A stretch of DNA of 64,000 bases from SAR202 cluster bacterium. GTDB lineage: Bacteria; Chloroflexota; Dehalococcoidia; Lucifugimonadales; UBA826. The notes beneath the pieces are model-generated. The model was not told the DNA's origin and did not search any database. It saw only the letters and a program-made list of their open reading frames with translations. The position numbers and the translations under genes were made by a program. Of this stretch, positions 60,004-64,000 are shown piece after piece; the first letter of the stretch is position 1; the number at the start of each line of letters is the position of its first letter. The stretch is taken from NCBI GenBank assembly GCA_022447825.1, contig JAKUTY010000005.1:1373-65372 (forward strand), in the 5' to 3' direction.

Positions 60004-60638
60004 TTCAAAATTCAGACATTTCAGGCGTATATACAATTATTGATCCTGAGGCTACTAAAAATAGAAATATATTTGAAATCACTAAACAAGTTTTGAGTGG
60101 TGGTGTAAAAGTTTTTCAATATCGTGACAAAATTAATGATCGAAGTGTGTTTTTAGAGAATGCTTTTAAATTAAAAGAATTATCCAAAGAGTTTAGTGCG
60201 TGTTTTATTATTAACGACGCTGTTGATATAGCTTCAATAGTTGAATCAGACTATATCCACGTTGGTCAATCTGACTTACCCGTTACATATTGTAGGAGAA
60301 TTTTGCATCCCGATCAGAAAATAGGTAGATCTAATGGTAGTATCAATGAGGCGTTAGAATCAGATGATATGGGTGTTGATTATTTAGCAATTGGCGCAAT
60401 ATTTGGAACTGATACTATGGGTAAATCTCACAGAAAACCTTTAGGCGAAAAAATCGTTTCAGAAATCAAATCTAAATCTGACTTGCCTGTGGTAGCGATT
60501 GGTGGGATTGGAATCACTAATTTAGATATAGTTAAACAATCTGGTGCGGATAGTGTGTGTATTGTAAGTGCAATTACTTTCGCAGAAAACCCTGAATTGT
60601 CAGCAAGAAAAATTGTTGATTTATGGGATGAGCTATAA
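60000..60638 (+). CDS. thiE: Thiamine-phosphate synthase
   Basis: QYRDK, IIND, HVGQSD, DYLAIG, VAIGGI. Confidence 0.92.
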   Translation: MIQNSDISGVYTIIDPEATKNRNIFEITKQVLSGGVKVFQYRDKINDRSVFLENAFKLKELSKEFSACFIINDAVDIASIVESDYIHVGQSDLPVTYCRRILHPDQKIGRSNGSINEALESDDMGVDYLAIGAIFGTDTMGKSHRKPLGEKIVSEIKSKSDLPVVAIGGIGITNLDIVKQSGADSVCIVSAITFAENPELSARKIVDLWDEL

Positions 60639-60767
60639 ATGAAATATCTAATCTGTAGCTAACTGTTAATAATTTGCATATATAGTGGGTTGATTTACTA
60701 TTGACCGTTATCCCGTTTCAAGAGAGAATCTCCAACTGTGTATTAAAGCACATAAAAAGGAGTTTTT

Positions 60768-62813
60768 ATGGATAACATCCAAATTATAGCTTTGGCAGCA
60801 TCTTTGCTATCTTTGCTATTCGCAGTATTTCTGACTCGAAATGTTTTGAGTCATGATACAGGTAATGATCAGGTTAAATTTATCGGTAAAGCTATTCAAA
60901 ATGGTGCTATGGCATTCCTATCTAGGGAATATCGAGTTTTAGCAATATTTGTACTAGTTGTGGCTGTTGTAATAGCAGCGTTGATCGATTTTGATTTATT
61001 AGGTCGAATGCCTAATGGTGCTACTGATTCAGGTATTCCTCAAACAGCAATAGCGTATTTAGTTGGTGCTGTAGGGTCTGGATTAGCAGGATTTATAGGA
61101 ATGAGTATCGCTGTAAGGGCTAATACTAGAACTGCAGTAGCTGCACAAAATAAAGAAAATGGTTTGAATGCAGGTTTGCGAGTTGCTTTTAATAGTGGCG
61201 CAGTAATGGGTGTATCCGTAGTTGGAATTGCATTGTTAGGTGTTACTTTAATGTTTGTCGCATTTACTGATGCAAGCATAGTGGCTGGTTTTGGATTTGG
61301 AGCATCTTCTATAGCTCTATTTGCAAGAGTAGGCGGTGGGATATATACGAAAGCTGCAGATGTTGGAGCTGACTTAGTCGGTAAGGTTGAACAAGGAATT
61401 CCTGAGGACGATCCTAGGAATCCGGCTACCATTGCGGACAATGTGGGAGACAATGTAGGTGATGTAGCAGGAATGGGAGCAGACTTGTTTGAATCTTATG
61501 TAGGTTCAATTATCGCAACAGTTGCTTTAGCTGCAGCCGGTGCAAGTACCCTTTCAACAGGGGAAAGTGAATTGATTCTATTCCCTCTTCTTGTTTCATC
61601 CATAGGAATTGATGCTTCTATCATCGGTACTTTTTTGGTTAGAACTGGTGAAGGAGCTTCTATGGGTAGGTTGTTGTGGTCTCTACGAATCGGTATCTTT
61701 TCTTCGGGAGCATTAGTCCTTATAGGAACTGCAGCAGCAATACTTTTATTAGAACTAGATTTCAATTTATTTTGGGTTGTATTAGTGGGCTTAGTCGCGG
61801 GTCAATTAATTGGTACCGCATCTGAATATTACACATCTTATGAGTACAGTCCTACTAGAAAATTAGCTGAACAAGCTGAAACAGGTCCTGCCACTATCAT
61901 GATAGGTGGATTGGGGCTTGGAATGGTGAGTACAGTTATTCCTGGGTTAGTAGTAATCGTTGCAATGTATGCGGCTTACCAGTTAGCAGATTTATATGGA
62001 GTAGCTTTAGCTGCTGTGGGAATGCTATCTACATTAGGCATTACTTTGGCTACTGACGCTTATGGACCGGTAGCTGATAATGCAGGCGGTATTGCAGAGC
62101 AAGCTGGAATGGATCCTGATGTTCGTGAAAGAACTGATGCGTTGGATTCTTTGGGTAACACCACAGCTGCAACTGGAAAAGGGTTTGCTATAGGATCTGC
62201 AGTGTTAACTGCATTGGCGTTAATGGCAGCATATTCTAATACTGTCAATGTAAGTGTATTTAATATTATGGATTTGAATGTGATGATGGGATTGATAATT
62301 GGTTCTATCACACCATTTTTGTTTTCAGCCCTAACTATGCAAGCTGTAGGTAGAGCTGCTTATGAAATGGTTCAAGAAGTTCGAAGACAATTCAGAGAAA
62401 TTACAGGATTGATGGAAGGTACTGCTGAAGCTGATTATGCTAGAGCAGTTGATATTAGTACAAGAAGTGCAATGCGTGAAATGATTCTTCCTGGAATTAT
62501 TGCTATTGCCGTTCCAATAGTCGTAGGTGTAGTTTTAGGTCCTGAAGCATTAGGTGGTGTATTAATTGGATCCATTGCTACAGGTTTCTTATTTGCTATT
62601 ATGATGGCAAATGCTGGTGGAGCTTGGGATAATGCGAAAAAGTATATTGAAGCTGGTAATGTAGGAGGAAAAGGATCAGAACAACATTCAGCTGCAGTTG
62701 TAGGCGACACTGTAGGTGATCCTTTCAAAGATACTTCTGGACCCGCTCTAAATATTTTGTTGAAACTTATGACTATAGTCGCTTTGGTTTTTGGACCACT
62801 ATTCATTGGATAA
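60768..62813 (+). CDS. hppA: Membrane pyrophosphatase, K+-dependent, likely Na+-translocating
   Basis: [49 protein letters not shown]. Confidence 0.95.
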   Translation: MDNIQIIALAASLLSLLFAVFLTRNVLSHDTGNDQVKFIGKAIQNGAMAFLSREYRVLAIFVLVVAVVIAALIDFDLLGRMPNGATDSGIPQTAIAYLVGAVGSGLAGFIGMSIAVRANTRTAVAAQNKENGLNAGLRVAFNSGAVMGVSVVGIALLGVTLMFVAFTDASIVAGFGFGASSIALFARVGGGIYTKAADVGADLVGKVEQGIPEDDPRNPATIADNVGDNVGDVAGMGADLFESYVGSIIATVALAAAGASTLSTGESELILFPLLVSSIGIDASIIGTFLVRTGEGASMGRLLWSLRIGIFSSGALVLIGTAAAILLLELDFNLFWVVLVGLVAGQLIGTASEYYTSYEYSPTRKLAEQAETGPATIMIGGLGLGMVSTVIPGLVVIVAMYAAYQLADLYGVALAAVGMLSTLGITLATDAYGPVADNAGGIAEQAGMDPDVRERTDALDSLGNTTAATGKGFAIGSAVLTALALMAAYSNTVNVSVFNIMDLNVMMGLIIGSITPFLFSALTMQAVGRAAYEMVQEVRRQFREITGLMEGTAEADYARAVDISTRSAMREMILPGIIAIAVPIVVGVVLGPEALGGVLIGSIATGFLFAIMMANAGGAWDNAKKYIEAGNVGGKGSEQHSAAVVGDTVGDPFKDTSGPALNILLKLMTIVALVFGPLFIG

Positions 62814-62842
62814 ACTAATTAATTAATCAAACAGGAGGTTAA

Positions 62843-63523
62843 GTGATGCAAGCAGGGATTAAACAACAAGTTTTAATTGATGCTATGGTGCCTGATTTTG
62901 GACTTTCTTCTAAAATGGGTATTTATGCTAGAGAAGCAGTTCTTATTTTAGGATTTGCAATATTGATGTCTCTATGTGCTCAAATTGCAATTAGAATCCC
63001 CTACACTGTTGTTCCGATAACTGGTCAGACATTCGGTGTTTTATTGGCAGGAGCAGCTTTAGGAAGTCGCAGAGGCGTTCTAAGTATGTTGGTTTATGCA
63101 GCTATAGGAATGTTTTTGTTGCCTGTATTTGCGCCCAGTTCTGGAGCGATAAATGAATCTCTCGGAGAAAGCGGAGTATTTCATTTTATTCTGCCTTGGT
63201 CAGGCAATTCTGATTTTCTTTGGAGCATGCCTTCAGGTGGATATATTGTTGGATTCATTGTTGCTGCATACTTGATAGGTAAATTATCAGAAAGAGGATG
63301 GGATAGGAAAGTTAATATTTTGTTAGGGCTTTTACTGGGAAATGTAGTTATATACGCGTTTGGTCTTCCTTGGTTGGCAATTAATTTAGATATTGGAGTA
63401 GCCAAAACACTTGAATGGGGATTGTGGCCATTTATAGCAGGAGATGCTGTAAAGTTAGTAGCTGCCTCTTTGGCATTACCTGGCGCATGGGCATTAGTTG
63501 ATAGAATTAAAAATAGAAAATAA
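62843..63523 (+). CDS. bioY: Biotin transporter BioY
   Basis: VPITGQTFGV, LGSRRG, LPVFA, SGGYIVGF, PFIAGDAVK. Confidence 0.92.
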   Translation: MMQAGIKQQVLIDAMVPDFGLSSKMGIYAREAVLILGFAILMSLCAQIAIRIPYTVVPITGQTFGVLLAGAALGSRRGVLSMLVYAAIGMFLLPVFAPSSGAINESLGESGVFHFILPWSGNSDFLWSMPSGGYIVGFIVAAYLIGKLSERGWDRKVNILLGLLLGNVVIYAFGLPWLAINLDIGVAKTLEWGLWPFIAGDAVKLVAASLALPGAWALVDRIKNRK

Positions 63524-63543
63524 ATTTTCTTAAATTAATTTTT

Positions 63544-63576
63544 AAAGAGGCTCCCACAAAGGAGCCTCTTTTTTTT
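63544..63576 (+). terminator. Rho-independent terminator after bioY
   Basis: AAAGAGGCTCC-cacaaa-GGAGCCTCTTT stem followed by T run. Confidence 0.9.
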
Positions 63577-63610
63577 ATACTATAGGGAAATAATTTCCAA
63601 AGGATTTTTA

Positions 63611-64000
63611 ATGACAAACTTGAATGATCGGATTACCTTTTTAAATGGAATGAGTATGAAGAATAGATTTATGCTGGCACCTTTAACAAACCAACAAAGT
63701 TTTGAAGACGGAAGTTTGTCTGATGATGAATATGTATGGTTGACGTATAGAGCTGAAGGTCAATTTGGTATGACCATGACTTGTGCGTCTCACGTACAGG
63801 CTGTAGGGAAAGGTTTTTTGGGACAATTAGGCATTTTTGATGATAATCATATTGAAGGGCACAAGATGTTAACTAAAGCTATTAAAAGTTTTGATAGCTT
63901 GGCTATTATCCAATTGCATCATGCAGGAATGAAGTCACCAGAAGATTTAATAGGTACTAAACCTCTTTGTCCATCAGATAATGAAGAATTTGGCGCTAGA
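63611..64000 (+). CDS. NADH:flavin oxidoreductase (old yellow enzyme family), partial
   Basis: Hand translation from ATG 63611: KNRFMLAPLTNQQS..DG, RAEGQFG, GQLGI, IQLHHAG; runs off right edge. Confidence 0.88.
   Translation, partial: MTNLNDRITFLNGMSMKNRFMLAPLTNQQSFEDGSLSDDEYVWLTYRAEGQFGMTMTCASHVQAVGKGFLGQLGIFDDNHIEGHKMLTKAIKSFDSLAIIQLHHAGMKSPEDLIGTKPLCPSDNEEFGAR

Noticed and set aside
60639-60767. Ion-sensing riboswitch before hppA
   Set aside because: Only weak short hairpins; a TTGACC-17-GAGAAT promoter and RBS explain the gap.
858-63405. Many short antisense or nested ORFs in the track (e.g. 858..1142, 9466..9882, 34474..34893, 54513..54953, 61040..61453)
   Set aside because: Shadow frames of well-supported genes with no motifs or RBS.
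1-64000. Genome-wide UGA reassignment (Gly or Trp) to explain dapF and uvrC stops
   Set aside because: TGA ends many genes at their normal C-termini (iscS 3740, purT 25203, purB 28064, purC 28955, purK 36789, fabF 42975), and the third internal stop is TAG.
1-64000. CRISPR array, prophage, IS element, rRNA, tmRNA
   Set aside because: No regularly spaced repeats, phage or transposase ORFs, or rRNA/ssrA motifs seen.

Overview
Gene-dense, AT-rich (about one-third GC by eye) bacterial core-genome segment. Gene content and order (miaA-dapF-dapL-hflX, ApgM-type phosphoglycerate mutase, short HisG plus HisZ, K+-dependent membrane pyrophosphatase, tRNA-Arg(UCG)) suggest a streamlined marine Chloroflexota of the Dehalococcoidia/SAR202 type; this is inference. 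The window holds about 65 CDS: a Gld-like ABC system, iscS, trxA, smpB, ctpA, lower glycolysis, pur and his clusters, tRNA-modification genes, fabF, recJ, lgt, xerD, uvrC, aroC, hppA and bioY. It also holds four tRNA genes (Sec-UCA, Arg-UCU, Arg-UCG, His-GUG). No CRISPR array, prophage or transposase was seen. Best leads: (1) a cytoplasmic Zn-dependent phospholipase C/P1-nuclease-fold gene overlapping both neighbours inside a his operon that has no histidinol-phosphatase, a candidate new enzyme for a missing His step; (2) a wHTH protein fused to a TIR-like domain lacking the catalytic Glu, with a five-fold TGAAAT operator array over its promoter; (3) an unannotated ~155-nt rod-shaped structured RNA between aroC and a hypothetical gene; (4) tRNA-Sec embedded in an iscS-lipoprotein-trxA-selC-EVE run; (5) a degenerate RHH-PIN pair; (6) three in-frame internal stops (dapF TGA, polyprenyl synthase TAG, uvrC TGA). 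The stops, plus several substitutions in conserved motifs, most likely reflect base-call errors, so all single-residue claims need read-level checking.
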